Shown here one piece after another: positions 36,401 to 52,164 of a DNA stretch of 64,000 nucleotides. Location of the stretch: the NCBI GenBank assembly GCA_044892525.1, contig CM097885.1:267902001-267966000 (forward strand), given 5' to 3'. How positions within the stretch are numbered: position 1 is the first letter of the stretch; every line of letters begins with the position of its first letter. This stretch comes from Schmidtea polychroa. Taxonomy: Eukaryota. The notes beneath the pieces are model-generated. The model did not search any database. It saw nothing but the letters and a program-made list of their open reading frames with translations, and was not told the origin of the DNA. The position numbers were made by a program, and so were the translations under genes.

Positions 36401-39400
36401 GGAAGGGTAAGCAAACGAGGAATTCAGAGGGCAATTATCCAAACAACCGGATAAACAAGGGTAAACAAAAGAAGGGGAATTACGAAGAGGGTCAACAGAA
36501 ATAGCTAATTAAGGAATGATAACCAAAGAAGTCAAAACCAACTAGGTTAAAAATAGGGCAATTACAATGATTATGGGAGTATATAAGGGAACTAAAAATT
36601 CACAAAATCAGCGGTAGCCTTATGTAGGGAAGAAGAAATCGACAGTAGGCGTTAGAGGAAAAATTTAAAGGAAGAAAAGGATTATAAGAAAAATTGAAGA
36701 GTTACACAAGGAGTCTTGAAAAGAGATTGGATCGGAGAGCGGAACCAAATAGAAAGGTGAACTTATTTTTAAAATCGTACAAGGACGAGACGTTCCAGAG
36801 CGGAGTTTGATCAGAAATTGTGTGAGAATTGTGATTAATCAACAGAGTAATTAATTGTTGAAAGTTGTAAATTTTTTATAAAACAAATATACGTTAGGAG
36901 TTTGTGTTTATTGATTTTGAAACACATGGAGTCAGAGTAAACAACGGTTGATTTTGATATCATAAAACACAACAGACTGAATTGTTAAATCATAAAAATT
37001 ACTTTTAAAAAATTTATTTATTAGAAATTTTTGGACTAATGTTGGTAAGCAAAACTCGGAAAATAGTCGGTCGTCGACTCAGGGCTCCATCGCCCATCAT
37101 TTATGAAGATCTCGATCAATGTGCCCATGACAACTGTATTGTTTGAACTGCTGACTATTAATGAAAAAGTAAAGTTCAAGTAAGCTTGCATCTTATAACG
37201 AATCCCCTACCCCTTTCCAGCGGGTTCTTGACTACCGTTTGTGGGACTTACTCATGTGGATTACTTGCTCCCCTGATGATGTTACTCTACATACGGGTTT
37301 TGGCTATATCCACAGTGCAGGTCATTTACCTCTTTACTTGAATCCTTCAATAAATATCCTGGTATGACAACAAAACAAAAACATAAACCACTATAGAAAT
37401 GAAATCATTATTATTTCAACTACGAAAAACAGGTAAAGCCAGAATAACAAAGGAAATGTGGATATTAACATTTCAGAGAATTTGAAGTTGCCGAGTCAGT
37501 CTTTACCAGCCATTGCGCCTGATGTCTGCTAGGAGAGCAATAAAGCTCAAACTCATTTTTGCAAATGGGAAACAAATTGTAAACTTCGGTGGACCGATGA
37601 TGTTTTTGAGTTGGGCCAGGGGTGCCGCTTTCCGTGCGTGCTCTTTCTAGGTGTTTCTTTTAGCCAGGGGAGGCGCGCTTAGGTCGACAATTGGTGCAAC
37701 CTCTGGTGGAAAGTTTGTAACTTCTGGAAGTGGAGTTTAATCTTGTACATTTAGGAGAGAGTAGAAGGTCTGATACTAGATGATGTACATAAACAACTGT
37801 GTTGTTGAGCATGGTTTTTTACCCCGAGACGTGAGACTCTAGTTTCTTCGCAGTATACGCCTGGTACAGAGCATGGGATTACTACTGTACTAGGGCCTTT
37901 TGTGATCGATTATCCGTAATGAGACTGTCACTGAAAACATTATTGTTATACAATGAAAAAGAATGTCGGAATGATAGAAATGATCTATGAGCATTTCGTA
38001 ATTGTAGAAATTTTATTGTTCCAGGAGAATCAAAAATATTCTATTGACATCAACAGCTTTCAAAGAAAAATTGTTTGAAGAATACTTATTAAACGAAAAC
38101 TACTAACTATCAAGGGGTTATCCTAGTGCTTGACAAAAGTGCACTAAACGTATATCGATAGACATTAATTAGCGAAAGAATTCAATGAATTTTAAGAAGA
38201 AAGATCCTGAAAGTAAACTTAAAGTTGGAAGAGTTTATGTGCAAGCCCGTGGATAACTCCATACGATAGACGATAAATTAGATTTGATGTAGAAAATCAA
38301 ATCGAATTTGTTCTTCATTTTATTATCTTTATATTGTTTATTATTACGATTTCGTAAGCATTATTATTGTTTAATGTTCAATCATTCAAATAATTTTGTT
38401 ATATTAATGAAGGTGATGTGTTTGTCAGTTTCATCCAACGCAAAGGATATCGCGGATGCGGAACAATGATCCTCTTTGAAGGGTTGTAGAATGAATTATT
38501 TAATCTCTATATAGATTTCTTAACTGAAATTAAATTGTTATTACGACAGCTCTCAAGAAATTAAAAAGAAATTTAAAAGATTTAGTAAAATATTTATTAG
38601 TAACACCAAAAAAGTGGAATATCAAGAATGTGTCAACCAGCTGAAGTTATTTTGTTTAGAGTTAGAGTCCAGGTTCCTCATGTCATTAGAGATGAAATAG
38701 AAAAAATGTACTTACCAGATATTATAATAGAAGGTGGCGCTGGATTATATTGAACTTCGATCCCATGAATGATATGAAAGACTAAAGTAACTCCAGATTA
38801 GAACAACGCAGAATTTATTCTACCACTAACCCAACGAGAGAATTCCATAGACTATTCTCAATAAAATAAGTCGCCCTAGTGAACTATAAATTCAGAATCA
38901 GCTTTCACTTTATATTAAGTGCAAATACAAACTTAGAAGTGATGACAAATTTTATTTATTATAATTCAACGTTGAATTTATCTAAGATTCGATTTTTTTT
39001 CATTATTCATAAAATGAAGGCAATTAGTAGAACCATAAAATTCGGATTATTAAAGACATTTATCTAGAAATTTAAAACAAGACAGACCATGCAGAGTTAA
39101 AGTCCGGAATTGCCTTTTCATAAGTAATCCGTGAAACCATAGTATAATCAGACAAAATCAGTTCCCAGAAAGTTAATTTTGACTCATAACCAACATTGCC
39201 TAGCAATTGATGTCAAGTCTGTGAGAATAGTACTATATGAAAATGAGAAGGAAAAGTTAGTACATCAACCGTTTACCAACCAACCAAAAATGTAAGCCAA
39301 AATGATATTTTTCACTTGACATTGATCCGTTAACTTACCAAAGATTGTGTCGAAATTAATAATTTTGTTTAGTAAATTTTGATAAATGAAGAAAAGAAAC

Positions 39401-39877
39401 TTCGATGTGGTGGTGAGGAGCTGAAACATAAAGAAATGAATCGTCATCGACAAATAAATCAAATCACCAAGTTTCTGATATGTGGATGGAATGTTGGTTA
39501 ATTAACCCTAATAAGACAAATTTAAAAGATTTATCAAGGTAAATGCGAATTTATAACCGGTGTAAATATTAAATAATTAAGTGCGACAAATGTCAAAATT
39601 TTGTACGCAGCTCTTCCAGCTGAACTGTCCATAATTTGTGAGTGTCCGACAGACACTCATATCTATATGTAAATATTGGGACCAGTGTGAATGTGTGTAA
39701 TATTTATAATTTGTGCTATCAATAAGAATTACGATGCTGCGTCACGCAAGCCGTTCCCAAGGAAACAATAATGAAAATAGAGGATAAAATTGCGCTCTGT
39801 CAGCTACATGTGAATAGAGACGAGCCAACACAAGTGAAAGACGATCAACCATTTATTTACAACATCATAAAATCTGG

Positions 39878-42596
<2,719 letters not shown>

Positions 42597-42957
42597 AATA
42601 AGAAATCTAAAACCTTATTTATTTATTATTATAGTCTAAATGTTTCAAAGTATAAATTAAAATGAATTATATAAAAATTATTATCATTAATATCACTAAT
42701 TTAAATTTAAAAAAAATTATTAATTAAACAAAACAATAATTATTTAATATTGAAACACAAATTATTATAAAGAATATTTTAATTATAAATTTTAAAAAGC
42801 ATTTACTAAATTATTTTTAACAAACTATTGATTGATCATTTAAAAAATTAAACAGATTTATTATTTCATACATTGTTAAAGATACTCATATTTAAATTAA
42901 TAATAAATGAAAATTAAATAAATACAGCCACAATTTACTTGAAAACGTAATTATAAT

Positions 42958-45130
42958 AATAGGCAATTATAATAATATTCATATCCATTATCATAAGTTG
43001 TATTGAATCTTTCAATTTTATTGAATCTAAGTATTTAAATATGGTTTGGTATTGTTTTTTCCGAAAGTTATAAATCTCACTTGCATTGAAGTCTGTGTTC
43101 TGATGTAGCTAATGGAGTCCCCCGTGATAAATATAGTCTTATTATCATTGGCGAGACTACATTTCGGCTCAACTTAATTCATGAACATCGTCAATCTAGT
43201 GAAATAAAAATTATTTTTGAGCAAAAATAATTCGGGAAGTCTGTTATAAAATATTGTTAAAAACTTAAGAAACTATTAAGAAAGAGTAATTTGTGTAATA
43301 TTGATGATATGATCCTGAAATTATAAAAAAATATCTAGAGTTTTATTAAAGTTAGAACAAGAATAAGGTCTTATACGTTAAGTCTAACGAAAACTACAAA
43401 GGATTCCATCTGGAAGCGTTTAATAAATTAAAACACTAATCATAGAATATAAATGAAGTTTTAGGAGGAAATAAATTTATTAATTAAAATTTATGGCAAA
43501 TTTGAAATAATGATTATTTTAAAATCAAAAGTTCTATTGCGCTAGAACTGATTTCTAAACCCAAAGTTAGGATTGATACGAAATTTGTAAGTACATAACA
43601 CGCATACCAAGCATTAAGTTTACTTAAATTAAAATATATAAAAACACCAAGTAAATAAAATAAAACACGAGCAAGAAGTATCACACGAAAACTTACTCAT
43701 TTATAACCGAAAGACATAAAATAACAAAAACAAATTCGAACAAAGGTGATTAGTAAAAATTAAAAAGAAAATTAAATAAAATCTTCATAAAATTTTACGT
43801 AAAAAAATTATATCAAAATTTTGAATGAAAATCCAGAACAATCCATAACAAATGGCGAAATTCATTAATATTTTAGAAAAGAATTCACAAAAGTCAATTT
43901 ACAAATAAGAAATAGACTAAATTTAGCATGGAATGTTGTGGGAATGCCGAAATCCATCATGGAGGCAAATTAATTAAAAGGTAATTGAAAAATAAAATTT
44001 CAAAAATAAAAACAAAAATTCTTCGGAAAAATCACCATCATGTTCTAGAATTAAAATTAATCGAATTTGTTTTACTGCATCAATGCACGCATGCATACTT
44101 GTCCACCAAAAATAAAATATATAAACTAACACATTTCGTTACTTTCAATGCTTACACTTACAAATCAAATTAAAAATGTTTAAAAATATAAAATAAATAT
44201 TTCATGTATAAAATGAGAATGAAAAATTTCAAAAATTCTGAAACTTGAATTTAATTGGATAGATAAAAAATGAAATAAAAAATCATGAGCAACAATAAAA
44301 ATAGATCAACAAATTCTCCACAATATTCATTAATTGATCCAAATTGATATCAATATTTATTTGATTATTATTGATTTATCATTTCATCAATTATCCAATC
44401 AATTTATTCAGCGCAATTTACAAAAAAAATTTATTAACAGAATCAAATTATAAATTTAACATTTCAAGCAGCACAAAGCATAAATTAAAATCAGATCGAT
44501 AACACAAATAAATCAATTTTTATTCAAATGTTTGTTTAAATTTGTCATAATTTATCCATTTTGCACCTGAGCAGCAATTTATCATTTTTGGCTGTAAAAT
44601 TTTAAATCGAGTAGATAGCAAGCCGATTATAAATGACAATTGGATCATTTATGTCATGTGACAGCCTCCTACATCCAGAATCATCAGGGAAATCTGAATA
44701 TTTGATTGATTCACTCATCCAATTGATGCCATTTGCTGGATCGATCACATCAACATTTAACGCATGCTTGAATGGCAAATCCAATTGCTCATCATTAGCC
44801 ACACGCATCAAACAAAAACCAGCCACAACCGAATTATCCATAATCCTTACTGCAAAGCACATTTTATAACCGATTGGCCCGGAATAAAATGCCTTACTGT
44901 AAATCCATTGATTTCTCTCTTTTTGTGATAATTTATCGATTTGCTATTCCTAAAATTCGTAATTTATACATATATCATTTCTTAATTTTGTTTCGATCTG
45001 CCGAATTTCATTGGCGCATTCCGACATTTCAAGCTGCAACTAAATCTCAAATTCAAACATTACAATAAATCAATAAACCACCTTTGCATTCTCCTGCTGT
45101 TGCAGCCGCTGCTTACATTTCTGTCATCTT
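42958..45130 (-). repeat. Left arm of a ~2.1-kb inverted segmental duplication
   Basis: Reverse complement of ~46540-48552, e.g. GAAGTCTGTGTTCTGATGTAGCT vs AGCTACATCAGAACACAGACTTC; ~150-bp extra segment at ~43130-43280. Confidence 0.9.
44545..45130 (-). pseudogene. TRAF MATH-domain fragment (3' exons only, with deletions)
   Basis: DEQLDLPFKHALNVDVIDPANG..W.SESIKYSD; frameshifted, no 5' exons. Confidence 0.85.
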
Positions 45131-45625
45131 TTATTAATTCTACAAATTATGAGCAGCACAAAAAAATTTTACAATTATTTTTTATTTCTGTCTAATTTGT
45201 CACATTATTACATTTTAATTTCCTCTCAATTGTTACTGATTCTTTATAAATTTAGATTTAAATGCTGAATTAAGATTTCTTGGTTATTTGATATTCTACT
45301 TTTTATTCAAATATTAATAAATTATTGTAACAAATAACAGAGAAAATCAATGAAAACTAACATTAAACTGCAAATGAAAATCTAATCTGATATAAATTAT
45401 TTATAAATTGCTTGTCTACATCAAAAAGCAAATTGTATAAACTTGACATTTTAAATGTAACAGGAAATAATTAATATAATAATTATGATTTATGAAAATT
45501 GTGAAACGTTTTTGATATTTAGATAATTGCATAATGTGAAATATGAAAATGGAATATTTTATTGATTTATTTTTATATTAATAATTATTTAGCATTTAAT
45601 CAATATTTTGATAATTTTAGATAAA

Positions 45626-47117
45626 ATGTTTGCAAGCGTATGGAAATTGATGCAAGAAAATAAATTGGAATTTGATAATGAAATCAGCAGTGAATTGATA
45701 TGCAGCATTTGCAAATGTTTAATGATAAAGGCTTGCAGTGCTCCTTGTGGCTGTCGCTTTTGTTCTGCCCAGAAGCAACAAAATATTGTCAAAGTCAAAA
45801 GATTTATTACAATGAAAATGTTTCCCAAGATTCGGCAATTAACAGAAGAATATCAGAAGTTAATGTTAAATGCATAAGGCAAAATTGTGGATTCCAAACT
45901 GAGTTAGGCATGATGGAGAGCCACATGATGACATGCAATAAGCACGCAATCAGCTTCCAATTCAATGTAATTGGTTGTTAAACTATTGAAGTTGCGCATG
46001 ACGAGATGAAAGGTCATCTCTTTGACAACAATTGCATCCACAGCAATTTGTTGATTGATCTGATCTATAAGTTACGCTATGACATAGATTTATTGAAGCA
46101 TGCCTTAATTAGTCAACAAGTAGATATAATAATTGAAATATATATATATATATATACATACATTTGTGATTGCAGCAGAAAATGGACGAGATGGAAATGC
46201 AATTGATTGACCACAGGAGTATGAAGAATGAAAGCGATCAACTTAAACCCCAAATAGATAATATCAATGTCAATTTTTATTTTAAATTAATTTTATTGAT
46301 ATTTGTGATTGCAGGAGGAAATGTGCGGGATGGCAATGAAATTGATTGATAGCAGAGAGGAAATCGATGAATTGAATGATGAAATGATGGCAGTGAAGGA
46401 TGAGAATCACTCATTGAGAAGGGAGATGGAAACAAATATTGGATCAATCAATCAAGTTTGATTATGGATTTGATTTGTTATTGATGTTTAAATGCAAAGC
46501 AGCTCAGTCGACCAATTGATGAGATAAAAGAGACATGCGAGCAGCCGCTGCAACTGGAGAATGCAACGGTGATTTATTGATTTATTGTAATGTTTGAATT
46601 TGAGATTCAGTTGCCGCTTGATATGGAGAAATGCGCCAATGAAATTCGGCCGATTGAAAATGAATTAGGAAATGAAAAGTCTATCAATTACGGATTTTTT
46701 GAATGGGAAATCGATAAATTTTCACAACAAAAGAGAGGTCAAAGGATTTACAGCAATGATTTTTATTCAGAGCCAACCAGTTACAAAATGTGCTTGGCGG
46801 TGATGATTAGAAGTTTAGGGGGTATTGGGACAATTTGGATTGCTTTCCAGTTTAGGCTTGGGAAAAATGATAAACAATTGGATTGGCCATTCAAACATGC
46901 GGTAAATGTTGATGTGATCGATCCAGCAAATGGCAACATTTGGATGAGTGAATCAATCAAATATTCAGATTGCCCTGATGATGCCGTATGGAGGAGGCCG
47001 TCAAGTGACCGAAATGATCTAATTGTCATTTATAATCCGCCTGCTATCTACTCAATTTATAAATTAGCAGCCAAAAATGATAAATTGCTGCTCAGGTGCA
47101 AAATTGAAAAATTATGA
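45626..47117 (+). pseudogene. TRAF-family gene, disrupted
   Basis: Homologous to the intact copy at 60589-62144, with a frameshifting deletion inside the RING (~45765) and in-frame TAA at 45979-45981; MATH exon still open. Confidence 0.85.
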
Positions 47118-48552
47118 CAAATTTAAACAAACATTTGAATAAAAAATTGATTTATTTCTGTTATCGATCTGATTTTAATTTATGCTTTGTGCTGCTTGAA
47201 ATGTTAAATTTATAATTTGATTCTGTTAATAAATTTTATTTATAAATTGCGCTGAATAAATTGATTGGATAATTGATGAAATGATAAATCAATAATAATC
47301 AAAAAATTATTGATATCAATTTGGATCAATTAATGAATATTGTGGAGAATTTATTGATCTATTTTTATTGTTGCTCATGATTTTTAATTTCATTTTTTAT
47401 CTATCCAATCAAATTCCAGTTTCAGAATTTTTGAAATTTTTCATTCTCATTTTATACATGAAATATTTATTTTATATTTTTAAACATTTTTAATTTGATT
47501 TGTAAGTGTAAGCATTGAAAGTAACGAAATGTGTTAGTTTATATATTTTATTTTTGGTGGACAAGTATGCATGCGTGCATTGATGCAGTAAAACAAATTC
47601 GATTAATTTTAATTCTAGAACATGATGGTGATTTTTGCCGTAAGAATCTTTGTTTTTATTTTTGAAATTTTATTTTTCAATTACTTTTTAATTAATTTGC
47701 CTCCATGATGGATTTCGGCATTCCCACAACATTCCATGCTAAATTTAGTCTATTTCTTATTTGTAAATTGACTTTTGTGAATTCTTTTCTAAAATATTAA
47801 TGAATTTCGCCATTTGTTATGGATTGTTCTGGATTTTCATTCAAAATTTTGATATAATTTTTTTACGTAAAATTTTATGAAGATTTTATTTAATTTTCTT
47901 TTTAATTTTTACTAATCACCTTTGTTCGAATTTGTTTTTGTTATTTTATGTCTTTCGGTTATAAATGAGTAAGTTTTCGTGTGATACTTCTTGCTCGTGT
48001 TTTATTTTATTTACTTGGTGTTTTTATATATTTTAATTTAAGTAAACTTAATGCTTGGTATGCGTGTTATGTACTTACAAATTTCGTATCAATCCTAACT
48101 TTGGGTTTAGAAATCAGTTCTAGCGCAATAGAACTTTTGATTTTAAAATAATCATTATTTCAAATTTGCCATAAATTTTAATTAATAAATTTATTTCCTC
48201 CTAAAACTTCATTTATATTCTATGATTAGTGTTTTAATTTATTAAACGCTTCCAGATGGAATCCTTTGTAGTTTTCGTTAGACTTAACGTATAAGACCTT
48301 ATTCTTGTTCTAACTTTAATAAAACTCTAGATATTTTTTTATAATTTCAGGATCATATCATCAATATTACACAAATTACATATTCATCATGGGGGACTCC
48401 ATAAGCTACATCAGAACACAGACTTCAATGCAAGTGAGATTTATAACTTTCGGAAAAGACAATACCAAACCATATTTAAATACTTAGATTCAATAAAATT
48501 GAAAAATTCATCATAACTTATTATAATGGATATGAATAATTAATCTGCCTAT
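46540..48552 (+). repeat. Right arm of the inverted duplication
   Basis: Reverse complement of 42958-45130. Confidence 0.9.
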
Positions 48553-50905
48553 ATATATGGACATCATGAATATTGTGGAGAATTTGTTGATCTATTGTTA
48601 TTGTTGCTCATGATTTTGAATTCTATTTTTTATCTATATAATTAAATTCCAGTTTCAGAAATTTAAATATCATTTATAATAAAATAAAGTAATAAGTTTT
48701 AATTAAATAATTTAAAATTAATATTAATAAAATATAATTAAATTTTAAAAAATAAAAATAATTTAAAATATAATCAAAAGAATATAAAATAAATAAATTT
48801 TAGTAAAATAGTGAAAATTTTTGTAATTTTGAAAATTTGTTGTAATATTTTTATTATTTTATTATTATTTGATAAATATTTTAGAAATTGATTTAAGTTT
48901 ACCGAAATATGTTATTTGTTGCAATTTAATGAGAATGAATTGATTATAATTTGTATATATGTCGTTTTGAATGTTTTTCACGCATGTTTTATACTAAATT
49001 TGATTTTTTTCATCAATTTAGCATAGTTTTAAAGAATTTTGCAGTATAATGATGAACAGATAGAATTTGATTCTATATATAATTCAAAATATAATTTTAT
49101 TTTTGCACTTTATTTGTTTAAATTATTGAATTTTTCTCTATTTTACTGTTTTGATAAATATAAATGAATAGTTATAATTTTCTAGAAAATTTATCAGTCA
49201 AATATCTAATATATTCTGTATGCCATATATTTTGTTTTAATTATTGAATCTTTAATCTATTAATTTTAGTTTTATTATGTCTTTGTTAAATAAGTCAACT
49301 TTAGCTTCAAAATGTGTTTTTAAAATATACCTAAATTTTAAAATCACTCAACGTAATATATTAATTTTTTCCTACCCCTTCCTTGATTTTGATTGGTCAG
49401 AATGTGTTCGTGTTTATTATCTTCAGTCTATAAACAAAATTCTAACATTAGTCACATCTAACAAATAGTTAACCGTTAAAATGAATTCTTTAATAAAAGA
49501 CGTTATGAATATCAGAGGAAAAATTCAGAAATTTCGTAAATTTTAATTTATTGATTAATTAATTTGTTAATTAATTTAGATAATATTAATGAAGACAATT
49601 TGAAATCGAAGATTAAACGAAATTTGAAAAAAAAAGTAAACATAATTTTTAATTTATTGATTTAATTAATTAATAAATTATGTAATACGAATAAAGAGAA
49701 AAATTATGTCAATATGTGAATAAATCGAAATGAAAATTTACAATGTAAGTATTGATTACTTTTTATGATTTTTTATTTAAGTAAAAATTTAATATTTTTA
49801 ATTTAGTAAATATTTTTAGCAATAAAATTTGTAAATATTTCTTGTAATAAATAATAATAATTTGCAACTTTTTGAGTAAACATTAATTTAATCAGATTTC
49901 TTTAACATTATTTAGTAATAATAATGTTTTGTGTAATAATTACAATTATATATCGAATTTCTTTTATTTTATGATATTTAAAAAACCTTTGAATAATTTT
50001 AATGGCATTTTATAATTAAAGTAATCTTTACTCGAATTATTGTCAATGTGAAGTCCACGATGACCGCAAATGCCATAAAATAATGAAAAAATACTATCGA
50101 CACATGAATAAACGAGTCACTCTTTTTATATGTCACATTTGTAAGAGTTACAACAATTGGTTCCATCTAAAGATTTTATTAATATTAACACAGAGTGATC
50201 ACTCTTAAATAGTAATGTATATTGTGTAATAACTAACACATTGTATTGAATTACGCAATATACTCTGAGCTGCTTCACATTTGGTCTTTGCCCTCTAATG
50301 TAATATCATTACTCTCCCCTTCATAAGATTGATGCCATCTCTTTAACCATTCGATTCGTCGGTACCGCGTCGTATCTGGATATTGCAATTCAACTTGATG
50401 ATCTGAAACAAATCTAAGAATTTTATATGGACCATCATATTGAATATCATTTTTGTTTCTTCTATGTGGTTCTCGTCTTACTAGTACCTCCTCCCCCACA
50501 TCAAAATGTCTTCTCTCGTCATCAGTATAATTGCTAATCTTTGTCTCGGATTCGATATTGTTAATTTCCATCAACTGCACTCCAAATTCTTTCAAAGTAT
50601 CTATCCTACCAATAAAACCTGGAAATATATTTTTAATAACAATTATTTCGATAGTCCTCATCTTATTGTTCCAATAAACATTTACTTCTGTACATCCCTG
50701 TGGTTTTTGAGATCCTGGAAAAACTCCACATATTTTGATTTCACTGCTGCTTAAACGTGGACTGCCAATTTTATTCCATGTTTCCTCATTCATCACTGTA
50801 ATTAAAGCTCCAGAATCCTACAACATCTCAATCTCAACATCATTTATCATCATCTTGCTCCATTCTCTTCCATCTGATGTCGCATACCTCATTCTCTCTG
50901 TTCTG

Positions 50906-52114
50906 TCATTCCGATTTTCTTCCTTTACAACCCCATGCAATTGAGTTCCTCGTGTTTTTTTCAGTTTCCACATCATGAATTGCATAATCATTAATTGATT
51001 CTCTTGTTTCTGCATCATCCGAGTAATTTCTTCCGTTTTCTTCGTCATGCACACTAGCTATCATTTTCTTGTTCTCATAGTTCTGTTGTTCTTTCTTTCT
51101 TAATAAATAACAATCACGAAAATTATGCCCTCCCTTACCACATATCAAACATTTATCTTTTAGTGGACATTCAAATCTTCTATGCCCATATTCGCCACAG
51201 CAAAAAAATTGACCTGACTGTAATTCGCCGTTTCTTGGATCAGGAAGGCCTCTAGATCGATTGTATAATCTCTTGGCAATGTGTGTTAGCGAAACCGTCG
51301 GCGTCCTTCTCTGCACATTCCGTTCGACTATATGATTCATTTCGTTATTTCTGTTATACGAATTATCTAGTAAATTCTCTCTTCTGTAATTTCCTTGGCT
51401 TCTTAATACATTGGTGTTACTTCCATTTGTTTCTCTTGTAAACGTTTCTGAATTTCTTCTCCTTGTTGCTTCCGCGTAACTACTCTTCTTTATTACCATA
51501 ATTTCTTTCGTCTTTTCTTTTGATTCCACTTTTTCGTAAATTTTGGCCAGTTGATTTTGTTCTTCTGCTGTCATCGATGGTTTCATTGTTAGAGCATCCT
51601 TTAATCTTCTGTCTCTGACTCGTCCAGTTATAATTTCATTGGCAATCTCCTCTACCCTCATTCCTGAATTAATAACTTCACTCACTAATTTCAATACCCT
51701 GATTTCGAAGGTTGCATATCTCTCATTTTCCTCTTGTCTAATTGCAGCAAGTTCTTTAATCTTGTCTATAATAGTCAATTTAATAGTAAATGTTTCGGAA
51801 AACCATTCTTTAGCTGCTTTATCTGTTGTTTTTTCTGTTTTGAAATTTTTCCACAGAGTAGCCGCTTCATCGCAAAGAAAAAAATCGAATGTTTCTGTCC
51901 TCTTCAAATTATTCCTAGCGATCCAATGATCAATTGCCTGTATCCATTTTTCAGCTTCCTTGGTACATCTGCCGTCGTATCTTCTAATTTCCATATCCAA
52001 GAGTTCTTGCGCACGTTTCGGTAGCGCGTCTCTTGCAGACTTTTTCCCTTCTCCTCGAGTCGTCATTGTGTGAACATTTTCGGCGTGGTCGCCAGTTACA
52101 ACAATTGGTTCCAT
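50906..52114 (-). CDS. gag: Gypsy Gag with two CCHC zinc knuckles
   Basis: 402-aa ORF; FCCGEYGHRRFEC and CLICGKGGHNFRDC. Confidence 0.85.
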   Translation of the reverse strand: MEPIVVTGDHAENVHTMTTRGEGKKSARDALPKRAQELLDMEIRRYDGRCTKEAEKWIQAIDHWIARNNLKRTETFDFFLCDEAATLWKNFKTEKTTDKAAKEWFSETFTIKLTIIDKIKELAAIRQEENERYATFEIRVLKLVSEVINSGMRVEEIANEIITGRVRDRRLKDALTMKPSMTAEEQNQLAKIYEKVESKEKTKEIMVIKKSSYAEATRRRNSETFTRETNGSNTNVLRSQGNYRRENLLDNSYNRNNEMNHIVERNVQRRTPTVSLTHIAKRLYNRSRGLPDPRNGELQSGQFFCCGEYGHRRFECPLKDKCLICGKGGHNFRDCYLLRKKEQQNYENKKMIASVHDEENGRNYSDDAETRESINDYAIHDVETEKNTRNSIAWGCKGRKSE

Positions 52115-52164
52115 CTAAAGATTTTATTAATATTAACACAGAGTGATCACTCTTAAATAGTAAT

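Noticed and set aside
39060-39480. Possible GT31/Fringe-like glycosyltransferase remnant (FVDDDSF, minus strand)
   Set aside because: Single short motif with no supportable exon structure.
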